DNA of 64,000 nt from an uncultured archaeon (GTDB lineage Archaea; Aenigmatarchaeota; Aenigmatarchaeia; CG10238-14; SCSR01), in the NCBI GenBank assembly GCA_964400475.1, contig CAYNTH010000001.1, positions 73,957 through 137,956 of the forward strand. The letters run 5' to 3'. Within the stretch, counting starts at the first letter, position 1. Every line of letters starts with the position of its first letter. Both the position numbers and the translations under genes were made by a program. Below the pieces are notes generated by a model. The model saw only the letters and a list, made by a program, of their open reading frames with translations. It had not been told where the DNA came from and searched no databases. Below, piece after piece: positions 19,701 to 29,785 of this stretch.

Positions 19701-21110
19701 GAACTTGACATCGGGTATATTGTAGAACGGCACATAAAGGATGGTGACATGGTTCTATTCAATAGACAACCCAGTTTGCACAGGATGAGTATAATGGCTC
19801 ATAGGATAAAGGTCATGCCTTATAAGACATTTAGGTTGAATGTTTCTGTATGTCCGCCGTACAATGCGGATTTCGACGGAGATGAGATGAATTTGCATCT
19901 GCCGCAGACAGAAGAGGCACAGTCAGAAGCAAGGTCTTTGATGATAGTTCACAAAAACATACGTAGTCCTAGATTTTCAGGGCCGATTATAGGTGCACAT
20001 CGTGATTATATATCAGGATTATATTATTTGACTAATGGTGAAAAAAAGTTCAGCAGAAAACAAGCTGTCCAGATAATAAGGTCAATAGACACTGATTTGG
20101 ATATCCCAGGTAAGAAGACGTTAACCGGAAAGGAGATATTCAGTATATTTTTGCCTAAAGGACTCAATATGGAGCATAAGACCAAATCTTGTACAGGTTG
20201 TAAAAAGTGTTTGAAGGAGGACTGTAAGGATGATGCATATGTGGTTATCGAAGACGGAAAACTGGTCAGTGGTACAATAGACGTTGCTTCGGTTGGTGCA
20301 TTTTCCGGTAAGATAATAGATAAAATCGAAAAAGATTATGGTTCTGAAATCGCAAAGAAATTCATATATGATATAACTAAATTGTCTATAGAATCTTTGA
20401 TGATATCAGCATTTTCTATTAGCATATCTGATCAAGATTTGTCTGAAGAGGCCAGGGATGAAATAAGTAAAATAATAAAGAACGTTAGGAAGGATGTGGA
20501 CAATTTTATTGAAGATTATGAAAAAGGTGAAATCAAAATATTGCCTGGAAGAACGGCCAAGGAGAGCCTGGAATCTCACATCAAGAGAAGATTGAACAAG
20601 TCCATAGATGAAGTGGAAGATGTAATCGAGGAACACATTAAAGATAATTTCACTGTTATGATGGCTAAGAGTGGGTCAAGGGGTAGTTTGGTTAATTTGG
20701 TGCAAACTGCTGCGATGGTTGGTCAGGAAATGGCAATGGGTGAACGAATAGAAAGAGGTTATCATAATAGGACATTCCCACATTTCAAGAAGGGAGATAT
20801 AAGTTTGGAGTCTAGGGGATTCGTTGGACGAGGATTCAGGGACGGATTGACACCTTTCGAATTTTTCTTCGATGCTATAAACAGTAGGGAATCACTAATG
20901 GATAAATCATTAAAAACAAGGCACTCCGGGTACATGGAAAGAAGGTTGGTAGGCGCGTTGCAGGATTTGAAGGTTGAATACGATGGTACTGTAAGGGATA
21001 GTGCTAATCATATAATCCAATTCATCGCGGGTGAAGACGGATTGGATCCTTCCAAGATAAGGGAACATGGTGTGGATTTGGAAGCCATTGCAGATGGAAT
21101 TAAAGGGTAA
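16749..21110 (+). CDS. rpoB1-rpoA1: DNA-directed RNA polymerase subunit B' fused in frame to subunit A' (single 1453-codon ORF)
   Basis: Residues 1 to about 605 are RpoB' ([17 protein letters not shown]...[13 protein letters not shown]...[20 protein letters not shown]). They continue directly into the RpoA' N-terminus ([23 protein letters not shown]...[17 protein letters not shown]...[12 protein letters not shown]). No stop or start codon intervenes around nt 18560-18590. Confidence 0.85.
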   Translation: MAEKEKKKMITPADVYWDGRYLGKVENPMELVDKITQGRRDGTLSYQVNVSYYSHLDEVRVMSDEGRVRRPAIVVENGKSKLTNDVIKKIKNGDMEWKDLIDQGIVEYLDADEEEGTYICLNPEDLTEEHTHLELDPSIILGLSASFIPFTEYNRGDRVNYGAKMIGQSMGLFSTNYLSRVDTKSNVMVYPQKPLVGTHANKIINYDKHPNGSNVIVAVGCFDGYNMEDAIVINKSSIQRGLFWSAMMRTYDAVQKRYMGGQEDIIGIPEAGVRGYAGEDAYKHLPEDGIINPETVVNSDDVLVGRVSPLRFLGTMDQFITGIENIRETSIKVRNEENGVVDRVFLSETNDGTMLIKVVVRDLKIPEIGDKFSSRHGQKGVIGLIVPEEDMPFTEEGIVPDIIFNPHGIPSRMTMGQLLEFLGGKLGALSGKMVDASPFNAMKEKDIRSQLSEYGFRDDGKEVMYDGRTGRRFAAQIFMGNCFYQKLDHLVSNKIHARSRGPVALLTKQPTEGRSKDGGLRLGEMEKDCLIAHGAALVLKERFDSDKTTVPVCKECGMVAIHDRIKNRMYCSVCGNSKIEKVEMGYAFKLMLEELKSLLIYPKIVINRENSLVDRIEFGFLSPDIIRDMVVAKITKTDLYDQEGYPIEGGLMDPRLGVVDPGVRCRVCGGRVGECQGHFGYLDLTRPILHVHYAKFIYNLMKLFCHKCSRILLDDETIEKVRKGKYSIRDIIKMRERKCPHCGAKRKKVRFTRPYTINEGKKSLNPAELRARMEKMLDRDLELIGVAIRPEWLVLTILPIAPVTVRPSITLETGDRSEDDLTHKLVDIVRINERLRENIDLGAPDFIIEDLWELLQYHISTYFDNGISGVPPARHRSGRVLKTLTQRLKTKEGRFRGNLAGKRVNFSARTVISPDPMIDIDEVGVPEEIVRELTLPVRVNPENKEELIEIVKRGPKHTKGANYVIRTDGRRKKITELSKDDIAEELDIGYIVERHIKDGDMVLFNRQPSLHRMSIMAHRIKVMPYKTFRLNVSVCPPYNADFDGDEMNLHLPQTEEAQSEARSLMIVHKNIRSPRFSGPIIGAHRDYISGLYYLTNGEKKFSRKQAVQIIRSIDTDLDIPGKKTLTGKEIFSIFLPKGLNMEHKTKSCTGCKKCLKEDCKDDAYVVIEDGKLVSGTIDVASVGAFSGKIIDKIEKDYGSEIAKKFIYDITKLSIESLMISAFSISISDQDLSEEARDEISKIIKNVRKDVDNFIEDYEKGEIKILPGRTAKESLESHIKRRLNKSIDEVEDVIEEHIKDNFTVMMAKSGSRGSLVNLVQTAAMVGQEMAMGERIERGYHNRTFPHFKKGDISLESRGFVGRGFRDGLTPFEFFFDAINSRESLMDKSLKTRHSGYMERRLVGALQDLKVEYDGTVRDSANHIIQFIAGEDGLDPSKIREHGVDLEAIADGIKG

Positions 21111-21114
21111 TTAT

Positions 21115-22260
21115 ATGAATGAAAATGAAAAAGAAGAAATATTGTCGGAAGATATAAGATTGCCTAAATTTTTGATTGAGAAAATTGAGGAAGTTTCTGA
21201 GAAGAAAAAATTGACCAAGAAAGAACAGGAGAAATTCATAGAAAAAGTGAAAGAGGAATATCTAAAAGGTAAGTATGAACCCGGCGAAGCAGTTGGGATA
21301 ATCTCTGCTCAAAGTATCTCCGAACCGGCCACACAGATGACTATGCGTACATACCACTTTGCGGCATCTGCTGGTGTTAAAGTTACCCACGGATTGCCTA
21401 GATTAATAGAAATTTTTGATGCTAAAAAAGAACCTAGTATACCTACAATGAATGTTTATCTTAAAAGTAAATATAATAATCTCAAAACAGCTAAAAAGGT
21501 AGCGGAGATGATTATCGAAGAAACTGTTGTCGATGTTTCGGAGAATATTGCATTAAATTTATCAGATATGTCAGTTGATATAACGCTGGAAGACGATAGA
21601 AGGTTAAGCGCTGTTAAAAAAGCAATTATAGCTGATAAAAGATTCATGAGATATGCTGGAAAAGTCAAGGAAAGTGGGAACAAAATTGTAATTCTCGGTA
21701 AGGAAGATTCAGATATTAAATCACTCCAACGTATAAGAAGTAAGATCACTGACGTTCATGTATCTGGTCTCGAAGATGTGAGTAATACAGTAATAAGGCG
21801 AGAAGGAGACGATTGGATAATAAGTACTGTGGGCTCTACGTTAGAATCAGTACTTAAAATCAAAGAGGTCGATTCGAGAAGAACATATTCGAATGATTTA
21901 CACGAAACAAAAAGAATATTGGGTGTAGAAGCTGCTAGGAGTTTAATTATTAGAGAGGCGGTCGATACGATGCAACAACAGGCACTGAATGTGGATATCA
22001 GACATTTGACACTTCTCAGCGATATGATGACATTTTCGGGTGATGTAGAAGCCATAGGACGTTATGGTGTTGCGGGTTCTAAAAATTCTATATTAGCCCG
22101 TGCAGGGTTCGAAGAGACCAAAAAACACTTAGTTAGGGCAAGTATACGGGGAGAAGTAGACAATTTCGACGGTATTTTCGAAAATATAATGCTGGGACAA
22201 GTAATACCTTCTGGTACAGGTATGTTTGAACTTATAGCAAAATTTCAAGACGACGAGTGA
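21115..22260 (+). CDS. rpoA2: DNA-directed RNA polymerase subunit A''
   Basis: A'' homology ([27 protein letters not shown]...). Start moved to MNENEKEE (ATG 21115), immediately after the A' stop at 21108-21110. Confidence 0.9.
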   Translation: MNENEKEEILSEDIRLPKFLIEKIEEVSEKKKLTKKEQEKFIEKVKEEYLKGKYEPGEAVGIISAQSISEPATQMTMRTYHFAASAGVKVTHGLPRLIEIFDAKKEPSIPTMNVYLKSKYNNLKTAKKVAEMIIEETVVDVSENIALNLSDMSVDITLEDDRRLSAVKKAIIADKRFMRYAGKVKESGNKIVILGKEDSDIKSLQRIRSKITDVHVSGLEDVSNTVIRREGDDWIISTVGSTLESVLKIKEVDSRRTYSNDLHETKRILGVEAARSLIIREAVDTMQQQALNVDIRHLTLLSDMMTFSGDVEAIGRYGVAGSKNSILARAGFEETKKHLVRASIRGEVDNFDGIFENIMLGQVIPSGTGMFELIAKFQDDE

Positions 22261-22265
22261 TTTGA

Positions 22266-22541
22266 ATGGCAGAAGATGAAGAACTTAGAAAGGATATACA
22301 AGATGCGATAAAATCTGGGAAATGTATATTGGGCTATAGGAAATCGATTGAATACATCAAGACTCAGAATCCGTCAAAAGTCGTAATATCCAACAATATT
22401 CCTGAAGATAAATTCGACGACATAACGCATAATGCTGAAATAGGATCAATCAATGTTATCGAATTTGACGGCAGTAGTAAGGATTTGGGAGTGATTTGTG
22501 GAAAGCCTTTTCCTGTTTTAGTGCTTGTTATCAGAAATTGA
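22266..22541 (+). CDS. rpl30e: 50S ribosomal protein L30e
   Basis: 91 aa IKSGKCILGYRKSIEYIK...VISNNIPEDK, in the conserved position after rpoA''. Confidence 0.8.
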   Translation: MAEDEELRKDIQDAIKSGKCILGYRKSIEYIKTQNPSKVVISNNIPEDKFDDITHNAEIGSINVIEFDGSSKDLGVICGKPFPVLVLVIRN

Positions 22542-22581
22542 CCAGTAAATATAAAAATGAAGAATTATAGGGGATGTTAAT

Positions 22582-22998
22582 ATGACATTAAGTTTCGATA
22601 CAGAATCCATACGATTAATGACATTATTTGAAAATATAATGCACGTGAATGTCAAAGATTGTATAGTTGACGATAGTGTTGTTTATCTTGTAATAGAAGA
22701 AGGTATGATAGGACTTGCAATTGGTAAAAATGGCAGAAGCGTTAAACATGCTGAGAAGGTTACTGGAAAAACTATAAAATTATTTGAATATTCTGATAAT
22801 CTTGTCGAATTTGTTAAAAAGGTAGTCCCGTATACTACGGGAGTTAAAGTTAGAAATGAGAATGGTAAAGTGATAGTTAACGTTCATGTCAGAAGAAATA
22901 ATAGGCCTATGGTGATAGGCAGAGGTGGGAGAAATCTAGAGCTTTATAAGAAATTGCTCAAGAGAAACCACGAAGTGGATGATTTAGTGATCAGATAG
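22582..22998 (+). CDS. nusA: archaeal NusA homolog (two KH domains)
   Basis: 138 aa with two GxxG KH signatures (LAIGKNGRSVKHAEKVTGKTI and MVIGRGGRNLELYKKLL), in the conserved position before rps12. Confidence 0.8.
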   Translation: MTLSFDTESIRLMTLFENIMHVNVKDCIVDDSVVYLVIEEGMIGLAIGKNGRSVKHAEKVTGKTIKLFEYSDNLVEFVKKVVPYTTGVKVRNENGKVIVNVHVRRNNRPMVIGRGGRNLELYKKLLKRNHEVDDLVIR

Positions 22999-23036
22999 AG
23001 CAAAGATTATTAAATAATAAAAACAAAGGTGAAACT

Positions 23037-23462
23037 ATGGCAAAAGGTCAGTACGCGGCGAGGAAGCTACGAAAGAATAGACAGAAATTCCGATGGAAAA
23101 ACTCGAATTATAAGAGGAAAAAATTAAAATTATGGAAGAAGGGCCCTTTAGAGGGTGCACCACAAGGTAGAGGTATTGTTATAGATAAGAGAGTAGTCGA
23201 ACACAAAAAACCATCATCTGGTTTATTAAAATGTGTTCGTGTCCAATTAATCAAGAATAATACTCAGGTAACTGCACACGTACCAGGGAATCACGCTATT
23301 CAACACATCGCTGAGCATGATGAGGTTTTACTTGAGAAGGTAGGTGGATCACAAGGTGGGCCGAAGGGAACTATGGTAGGTATTAAGTATAAGGTTGTTA
23401 AAGTGAATGGTGTTTCGTTAAGCGAGATAGTTGCGGGCAAGAAGCAGAAACCAACGAGGTAA
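23037..23462 (+). CDS. rps12: 30S ribosomal protein S12 (uS12)
   Basis: 141 aa KKPSSGLLKCVRVQLIKNNTQVTAHVPGNHAIQ is a hallmark uS12 block. Confidence 0.9.
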   Translation: MAKGQYAARKLRKNRQKFRWKNSNYKRKKLKLWKKGPLEGAPQGRGIVIDKRVVEHKKPSSGLLKCVRVQLIKNNTQVTAHVPGNHAIQHIAEHDEVLLEKVGGSQGGPKGTMVGIKYKVVKVNGVSLSEIVAGKKQKPTR

Positions 23463-24068
23463 GTGATAATTATGATGAAAGTTTTTGATAAATGGCCAAT
23501 TGATGATATAGAGGTATATGACCAGGGGTTGAAGAAATATATCGGATTAAATCCGACGATTGTACCCAAAAGCGGTGGCAGATACGCCGATGACCCGCAT
23601 GGAAAATCAAAAATTAATATAGTCGAAAGATTGATTACTAAACTTATGGTTCCTGGACATAGTGGTAAAAAACATGTCATATCGTCTGGTCGAGCTACTG
23701 GAAAATATTCAAAACATTACAAAACAGTTAAAAGAACGTTTGAAAAGATTGAAAAAGAGACCAATAAAAACCCCATTGAAGTTTTGGTGCGTGCTATAGA
23801 AAATTCCGCATTGAGGGAGGAAATAGCTTCCTACCAAGTAGGTGGTATAATAGTCAGACGTACCGTTGTAACAAGTCCTCAGAGGAGGGTAGATTTGGCT
23901 CTGAGGAGAATCGTACAAGCCGCTTATAAGAAAAGTTTTGGTAAAAAAATGAATATTGTTGATATTTTATCAGAAGAACTGATAGCTGCAGGTGAGAATG
24001 ATTCTTCAAAGTCCGAGGCCGTTAAGGAAAAAGAACGTATAGAGCGGGAAGCAGAAGGGTCGAGGTAG
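23463..24068 (+). CDS. rps7: 30S ribosomal protein S7 (uS7)
   Basis: 201 aa with uS7 blocks (RLITKLMVPGHSGKKH and ALRRIVQAAYKKSFGK). It abuts the rps12 stop. Confidence 0.9.
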   Translation: MIIMMKVFDKWPIDDIEVYDQGLKKYIGLNPTIVPKSGGRYADDPHGKSKINIVERLITKLMVPGHSGKKHVISSGRATGKYSKHYKTVKRTFEKIEKETNKNPIEVLVRAIENSALREEIASYQVGGIIVRRTVVTSPQRRVDLALRRIVQAAYKKSFGKKMNIVDILSEELIAAGENDSSKSEAVKEKERIEREAEGSR

Positions 24069-24149
24069 TTTTCAAATCCAAAATGTTAAAAAGGACATAT
24101 CACATATTTTGATGATATAAATTATAGAAAATTTGATTGACGTGATTCG

Positions 24150-26357
24150 ATGGCAAAGAAGGACCTTGTAGAAAGAATAAAGACTGTAATGAACGAACCT
24201 CCTAAAATAAGGAATGTTGCCACGAGTTCTCACGTACACCACGGAAAGACCGCATTAACGGATAATTTGATGGGTGGTGCAGGTATGTTATCCGACAAAG
24301 TGGTCGGAGACACTGAAAGTGGGATGTTTACGTGGTTCGATGAACAAGAAAGAGAAAGACAGCTCACTATCTATGGCGCTAACGTAAGCATGGTACATGA
24401 ATACAAGGGTAGCGACTATATAATTAACCTTTTAGACACGCCTGGGCACGTTGATTTCGGTGGAGACGTAACTCGTGCAATGAGAGCAGTAGATGGTACA
24501 ATCGTTCTCGTTTGTGGGGTCGAAGGAATTATGCCACAGACAGAGACCGTTTTTAGACAAGCGCTCAGAGAACGTGTTAAACCAGTTTTATTTATTAACA
24601 AGGTCGACAGATTAATCCGTGAATTGAAATTAACACCAGAGATGATGCAGAAGAGATTCCTTAAGATAATAGAAGACGTTAATATGCTCATACACAAATA
24701 TGCTGAAGACGAGTATAAGGACGAATGGTTGGTTGATGTTAATGATGGTAGTGTTGCATTCGGATCAGCAACGAAAAAATGGGCCATATCCATTCCTTAT
24801 ATGAAGAAGACTGATATAACATTTTCTGATATTATTGAGTTGACGAATGATGATAAGGAAGATGAATTAGCGAAAAAAGCACCTCTACACAGGGTTACAT
24901 TGAACATGATAATCAAACACTTACCAACTCCTAAGGAGGCACAACAATATAGATTGTCTAAAATCTGGAAAGGCGATTTGGATAGTAACATTGGTAAAGA
25001 TATGTTATCTTGTGATTCGGACGGAAAGTTAGCATTGATAATTACTAAGATGGTCAGGGATCCGCATGTCGGATTCGTAGCCACTGGAAGACTGTTTTCA
25101 GGGAAACTCGAAAAAGGCATGGATGTTCATTTGATAGGTCAACATAAGGATCAAAAAGTGCAACAAGTGGCAATTTACAAAGGTATACAGAGAATACCTG
25201 TTGATGCTATAACTGCAGGCAACATAGCTGCAATCGTTGGTATACCAGATGTTTATACAGGTGAAACTATCACGAATTCAGGTAATGTTATAGAACCATT
25301 TGAACAAATAAAACATATTTTTGAACCTGTGGTAACTAAATCAATCGAGCCTAAAAATGCAATGGAACTTCCTAAATTGATAAATGCCCTTAAACAGTTG
25401 AGCAGAGAAGACAGTACATTGAAGATTAAAATAGACCAGGAAACAGGTGAATATTTGGTTTCCGGTATGGGTGAATTGCATCTGGAGGCAAAGGTAGAAA
25501 GGAAACTAAAGAGCATGGGACTGGACATAGAAATGTCTAAACCAATTGTTGTTTATAGAGAGGCCATATTCGAAGAGTCCCCAACAGTAGAAGGTAAATC
25601 ACCGAACAAACACAACAAATTCCAGGTTATTGCTGAACCGTTGGAAGATGGTGTTTACCAAGCTATGAAAGACGGTGACATAGAATCCGAATTCGATATC
25701 AAAGGGAAAAAATTGGATATGGCCAAAAAATTAAGTGAATTGGGTATGGATTACGACGAGGCGAAGGGAGTAATATATGGGCACAATAGATGCATCCTCG
25801 TGGATTTGACTAAGGGCGTACAATATCTCAACGAGACAATGGAGCTTGTGAAAGAAGCCTTTGAAGATGTTATCGACGAAGGACCGCTCTGCAGGGAACC
25901 GTGTAGCGGAATGAAGATTAAACTCGTTGACGCGTCGTTGCACGAAGATCCTGTACATAGGGGGCCTGGTCAGATAATACCTGCATTCAGGAACACCATA
26001 AAGAATGTCTTATTACTGTCAGACATAACGCTATTGGAACCAAGGCAGATTATCAGGATAGATGTACCAGAAGAATTAATAGGAGTGACTACCAGAGAAG
26101 TTGAAAATAGGCGCGGGCAGATAATGGATATACAAACAGAAAAGGGTGCCGCGGTTATAAAGGCAAAGCTACCGGTGGTAGAGATGTTTGGCTTCGATGC
26201 AACATTGAAATCTCTTACAAGTGGTAGAGGATTTTACAATATGATAGAAATATTGTTTGAGAAAATACCAAAATATTTGAGGGAAGATATTATCAAGAAA
26301 GTCAGATCTAGAAAGGGTCTAAAGGAAGATATCCCAAGTGCAAGAACGGTCCAATAA
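24150..26357 (+). CDS. fusA: translation elongation factor aEF-2
   Basis: 735 aa. G-domain NVATSSHVHHGKTALTD and DTPGHVDFGGDVTRA. Diphthamide-site context HEDPVHRGPGQIIPA. Confidence 0.95.
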   Translation: MAKKDLVERIKTVMNEPPKIRNVATSSHVHHGKTALTDNLMGGAGMLSDKVVGDTESGMFTWFDEQERERQLTIYGANVSMVHEYKGSDYIINLLDTPGHVDFGGDVTRAMRAVDGTIVLVCGVEGIMPQTETVFRQALRERVKPVLFINKVDRLIRELKLTPEMMQKRFLKIIEDVNMLIHKYAEDEYKDEWLVDVNDGSVAFGSATKKWAISIPYMKKTDITFSDIIELTNDDKEDELAKKAPLHRVTLNMIIKHLPTPKEAQQYRLSKIWKGDLDSNIGKDMLSCDSDGKLALIITKMVRDPHVGFVATGRLFSGKLEKGMDVHLIGQHKDQKVQQVAIYKGIQRIPVDAITAGNIAAIVGIPDVYTGETITNSGNVIEPFEQIKHIFEPVVTKSIEPKNAMELPKLINALKQLSREDSTLKIKIDQETGEYLVSGMGELHLEAKVERKLKSMGLDIEMSKPIVVYREAIFEESPTVEGKSPNKHNKFQVIAEPLEDGVYQAMKDGDIESEFDIKGKKLDMAKKLSELGMDYDEAKGVIYGHNRCILVDLTKGVQYLNETMELVKEAFEDVIDEGPLCREPCSGMKIKLVDASLHEDPVHRGPGQIIPAFRNTIKNVLLLSDITLLEPRQIIRIDVPEELIGVTTREVENRRGQIMDIQTEKGAAVIKAKLPVVEMFGFDATLKSLTSGRGFYNMIEILFEKIPKYLREDIIKKVRSRKGLKEDIPSARTVQ

Positions 26358-26440
26358 TAGAAAATATATTTAAATACTTTTAATAATTAGTATAGTTAAT
26401 GATGCCCAATTTTTGGGTTAGTATTAAATTTGTAAAAAAA

Positions 26441-26447
26441 GGAGGTG
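26441..26447 (+). promoter_or_regulatory. Shine-Dalgarno GGAGGTG 7 nt upstream of tuf ATG
   Basis: AAAAAAAGGAGGTGTAATTAATG. Confidence 0.5.
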
Positions 26448-26453
26448 TAATTA

Positions 26454-27731
26454 ATGGCAGAAAAACCACACTTAAACTTGATGACAGCAGGGCACGTGGA
26501 TAGTGGTAAATCTACTCTATTGGGTAGGTTGTTATTCGATTCAGGTGCAGTAAGAGAAGAAGAAATGAGAAAATTAAGAGATACGGCCAAAGAACTCAAG
26601 AAGGAGACATGGGAATACGCCTATGCAGTTGATACAACTAAGGAAGAGCGTTCAAGAGGTTTGACAATAGATATAATGCACAGACCTTTTGAGACCAAGA
26701 AATGGTACTTCACTGTTATAGACGCTCCAGGACACAGAGATTTCGTTAAAAATATGATTACCGGTGCCTCGCAGGCAGACGTTGCGATATTCGTAGTATC
26801 TGCTAAACCAGGTGAAGGTATACAAGAACAAACAAAAGAGCATGCTTATTTGTTAAAAGTGCTCGGTGTAAATCAAATAGTAATAGCATTGAATAAGATG
26901 GATGCCGCAAATTGGGATGAGAAAAGATTTAATGAAGTTAAAGAAAATGTAATAAATCTTTTCAAGAAGATTGGATACAAGACGGATAAAATACCAATAA
27001 TACCAATTTCTGCATTTACTGGAGATAATGTCGTTAAAAAATCAGAAAACATGGATTGGTACGACGGTCTTACTTTGATTGATGCTTTGGACAAACATAT
27101 AGAGGCTCCAGAAAAACCTCTCGATAAACCTTTAAGAATGCCTATTCAGGATGTTTTCACAATCAGTGGAATTGGAACAGTTCCTGTAGGTAGAGTTGAA
27201 ACCGGTGTGATGAACATTAAAGATAAGATAGTGTTCAAACCGTCTGGTGCAGAAGGCGAGGTTAAATCAATTGAGATGCATCATCAACAGGTCGAAAAAG
27301 CAGAACCTGGGGATAATGTAGGATTTAATGTTCGTGGAGTTGGAAAAGGGGACATACATAGAGGAGATGTTGTTGGACAAGCTGATAATCCACCAACAGT
27401 AGTTAAGGAATTTACAGCTCAGATTGTAGTACTCCAACACCCAACTGTGATGACAGCTGGATATACTCCAGTATTTCATACTCACACAGCGTCCGTTGCA
27501 TGTAAGATAGATGAAATAATTGCAAAATTAGATCCTAAGACCGGAGAAGTTGTGCAAGAAAACCCAGATTTCATCAAACAAGGAGATGCTGCAAGGATAA
27601 AGGTAGTACCAGTGAAACCATTGGTAATCGAGAAGCAATCAGAATTCCCAGAATTAGCTAAGTTTGCTATAAGAGATATGGGAACTACTGTAGCTGCAGG
27701 TGTATGTTTGGATTCAGTAAAAGCTGAGTAA
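26454..27731 (+). CDS. tuf: translation elongation factor aEF-1 alpha
   Basis: 425 aa [17 protein letters not shown] and NKMD G-motifs with EF-Tu/EF1A domains 2 and 3. Confidence 0.95.
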   Translation: MAEKPHLNLMTAGHVDSGKSTLLGRLLFDSGAVREEEMRKLRDTAKELKKETWEYAYAVDTTKEERSRGLTIDIMHRPFETKKWYFTVIDAPGHRDFVKNMITGASQADVAIFVVSAKPGEGIQEQTKEHAYLLKVLGVNQIVIALNKMDAANWDEKRFNEVKENVINLFKKIGYKTDKIPIIPISAFTGDNVVKKSENMDWYDGLTLIDALDKHIEAPEKPLDKPLRMPIQDVFTISGIGTVPVGRVETGVMNIKDKIVFKPSGAEGEVKSIEMHHQQVEKAEPGDNVGFNVRGVGKGDIHRGDVVGQADNPPTVVKEFTAQIVVLQHPTVMTAGYTPVFHTHTASVACKIDEIIAKLDPKTGEVVQENPDFIKQGDAARIKVVPVKPLVIEKQSEFPELAKFAIRDMGTTVAAGVCLDSVKAE

Positions 27732-27750
27732 GCTTTTACTTTCTCCACTC

Positions 27751-27768
27751 TTTTTTTCTTATTTTTTC
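27751..27768 (+). terminator. oligo-T tract (archaeal intrinsic terminator) after tuf
   Basis: TTTTTTTCTTATTTTTT directly after the tuf stop. Confidence 0.4.
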
Positions 27769-27875
27769 AGATTCATTTCTTAAAGGGTAAAAACTAAAAA
27801 TAATTTCAATTAAAGAAAAGAATTTAAATACGTATAATTCAATAAAATTAAAATCGTGCAATCATTGGTGAATAG

Positions 27876-28196
27876 ATGCAGAAAGCAAGAATAAAGTTAT
27901 CGGGACGGGATCCAAACAAATTGAACGAAATTTGTAATGAAATAAAGACTATTGTTAAGAAACTCGGAATCGATTATAGCGGACCTATCCCACTCCCAAC
28001 AAAAAATCTTAAGATAACGACAATGAAAACACCATGTGGTGATGGTACTGGTCACGGTAATACTTCTTATGATAGATGGGAAATGAGGATACATAAGAGG
28101 ATAATTGATGTTCAATCCGATAAGAGGGCACTGAGGCAGATAATGCGAGTCAATGTCCCACAAGGAGTTCACATAAGCATACAACTCAAGGAATGA
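27876..28196 (+). CDS. rps10: 30S ribosomal protein S10 (uS10)
   Basis: 106 aa MQKARIKLSGRDPNKLNEICNEIK...RLIDI-like uS10 pattern. Confidence 0.9.
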   Translation: MQKARIKLSGRDPNKLNEICNEIKTIVKKLGIDYSGPIPLPTKNLKITTMKTPCGDGTGHGNTSYDRWEMRIHKRIIDVQSDKRALRQIMRVNVPQGVHISIQLKE

Positions 28197-28305
28197 TTAT
28201 TTAGTTTTAAGTTGTAGAATACCTATAATATATAGAGATTATTATGGCACATGGAGAAAAAAGAAAAAGAAGAAGAAAGAAGAAAAAGAAGAAGAAGAAA
28301 TAATA

Positions 28306-29079
28306 TCAGGAATATTGGTATAATTCCAATTGATCTTCAATTTTGATTAGAAATTCTTTGCATATATTTTGATGATGTGGAGCGACTTTGCTATCGATTT
28401 TGTAAATATTGTTTAAGGTTGTTGACATTTTTTCTGAGGTGTTATAGAATTCTCCAATATTGAACATCCTTAATTCATAATTCAGCTTGTTGAAGGTGTT
28501 TCTGTAGTATTTCCACGTATCGTTATCAGAAATGTGTGCTTTCATCTCATTTATCAAATTTGTTATTTTATTGGTCGGTTTTTTACTGATATCAATCGAT
28601 TTAATAATTTTTGGATAATCTTCGACCTCAAATTTATACAAATCTTTTTGTAAATCTTTGAACCCTTCTTTCATTATGTACATTTTACTATTCAATGGTT
28701 CAAGATGCGTGTATAATTTCTTCAGTTCTTTTTCATTGTAATATTTTTCTTCTTTTTCAAAGAAAATATTTACTCTTTTTTTCTTTGTATATTTATAATT
28801 ATTTATACAATTTTCAACGACGATGTAATCATCATCAAGCGTAATCTTAGGATAGATATTTGACAATGTTTTTAAAATAGCCTTCAATTCTAGAATTGTT
28901 CGATCAAAATTAGCACCCTTCCAACTTTCAATTATTATTACCTCGCCGTTCAATTCTACTTCACGATCAGTGAACATAACACCTGCAAAAATTTTTTCTT
29001 TGAATATTTTTATCTTGTCGTGTATTCTCGAAAATTCGTCTAATACTGCTTGTGTACTATTCGATGGTTCGTAGTCCAT
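28306..29079 (-). CDS. hypothetical protein (no recognisable domain)
   Basis: 257 aa, Lys/Tyr/Asn-rich, no TM. Convergent with rps10. Confidence 0.35.
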   Translation of the reverse strand: MDYEPSNSTQAVLDEFSRIHDKIKIFKEKIFAGVMFTDREVELNGEVIIIESWKGANFDRTILELKAILKTLSNIYPKITLDDDYIVVENCINNYKYTKKKRVNIFFEKEEKYYNEKELKKLYTHLEPLNSKMYIMKEGFKDLQKDLYKFEVEDYPKIIKSIDISKKPTNKITNLINEMKAHISDNDTWKYYRNTFNKLNYELRMFNIGEFYNTSEKMSTTLNNIYKIDSKVAPHHQNICKEFLIKIEDQLELYQYS

Positions 29080-29125
29080 TGATTAGAATTAGTGGATATA
29101 CACTTTTACATTTTACTATTGATAA

Positions 29126-29233
29126 TGGGCTCGGAGGGATTTGAACCCTCGGCCGCTGGTTTTTACACCAGTGAAACTGAACGCTCAGTGGTCTTATAAG
29201 ACCAGTGCTCTAACCGAGCTAAGCTACGAGCCC
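29126..29233 (-). tRNA. tRNA with ~33-nt intron; anticodon reads TAT (tRNA-Ile UAU, tentative)
   Basis: Reverse strand GGGCTCG-TA-GCTT-AGCTCGGTTA-GAGC-A-CTGGT-CTTATA[intron AGACCACTGAGCGTTCAGTTTCACTGGTGTAAA]A-ACCAG-CGGCC-GAGGG-TTCAAAT-CCCTC-CGAGCCC-A. The short 5-nt variable loop excludes Leu and Ser. Confidence 0.55.
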
Positions 29234-29282
29234 TTAGTTTAAGATTAATTGATTAATTACTTATTTGTTGTTTATAGCTTTT

Positions 29283-29717
29283 TCAGTCTTTCTCTTCCAA
29301 CATTCTATGCGCGTCTCTTAAAATATTTTTCGTGTTGTCGTATGTTAATGTATCTAATGCATCGCTGTAGTTCAGCCATTTGTATTCCACATGCTCGTCT
29401 GAGAGTTCGACATTCTCTTCATTTGACTCTGCCAGGAAATATACAGCCTCCTTGAATATGTCCTCGTTTTTCCATCTGTAAAACCAGTTTGTTGTTTCTC
29501 TGAAATTGTCTATAAATTCGATATCAGATAGTTGTGTCTCTTCCTTTATTTCTCTTCTCGCTGCCTCTTTTTCAGTTTCGCCAGTCTCTATTTTCCCTCT
29601 TGTGAAATCCCAATAGTTTCCCTTGAAATGATAATGCAATATGAGATATTTGATCTGATATCCGTCTCTTCTGAATATAACAGCGCCCGCACTCCTTTCA
29701 TTCTTGATGTAATTCAC
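29283..29717 (-). CDS. NUDIX hydrolase
   Basis: 144 aa with the Nudix box GKIETGETEKEAARREIKEETQL (GX5EX7REUXEEXGU). Confidence 0.8.
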   Translation of the reverse strand: MNYIKNERSAGAVIFRRDGYQIKYLILHYHFKGNYWDFTRGKIETGETEKEAARREIKEETQLSDIEFIDNFRETTNWFYRWKNEDIFKEAVYFLAESNEENVELSDEHVEYKWLNYSDALDTLTYDNTKNILRDAHRMLEEKD

Positions 29718-29785
29718 CCTATGCTATTTAATGGCCGTCACTTATATTTTTGTTATTTTGATATACTAAATAACGGGCATTAGAA

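Noticed and set aside
24416-25958. Minus-strand ORFs inside aEF-2, and similarly inside tuf (26652-27748) and the thermosome (31921-33570)
   Set aside because: Same reasoning: they are antisense to strongly conserved genes and have Ser/Pro/Ile-rich nonsense translations.
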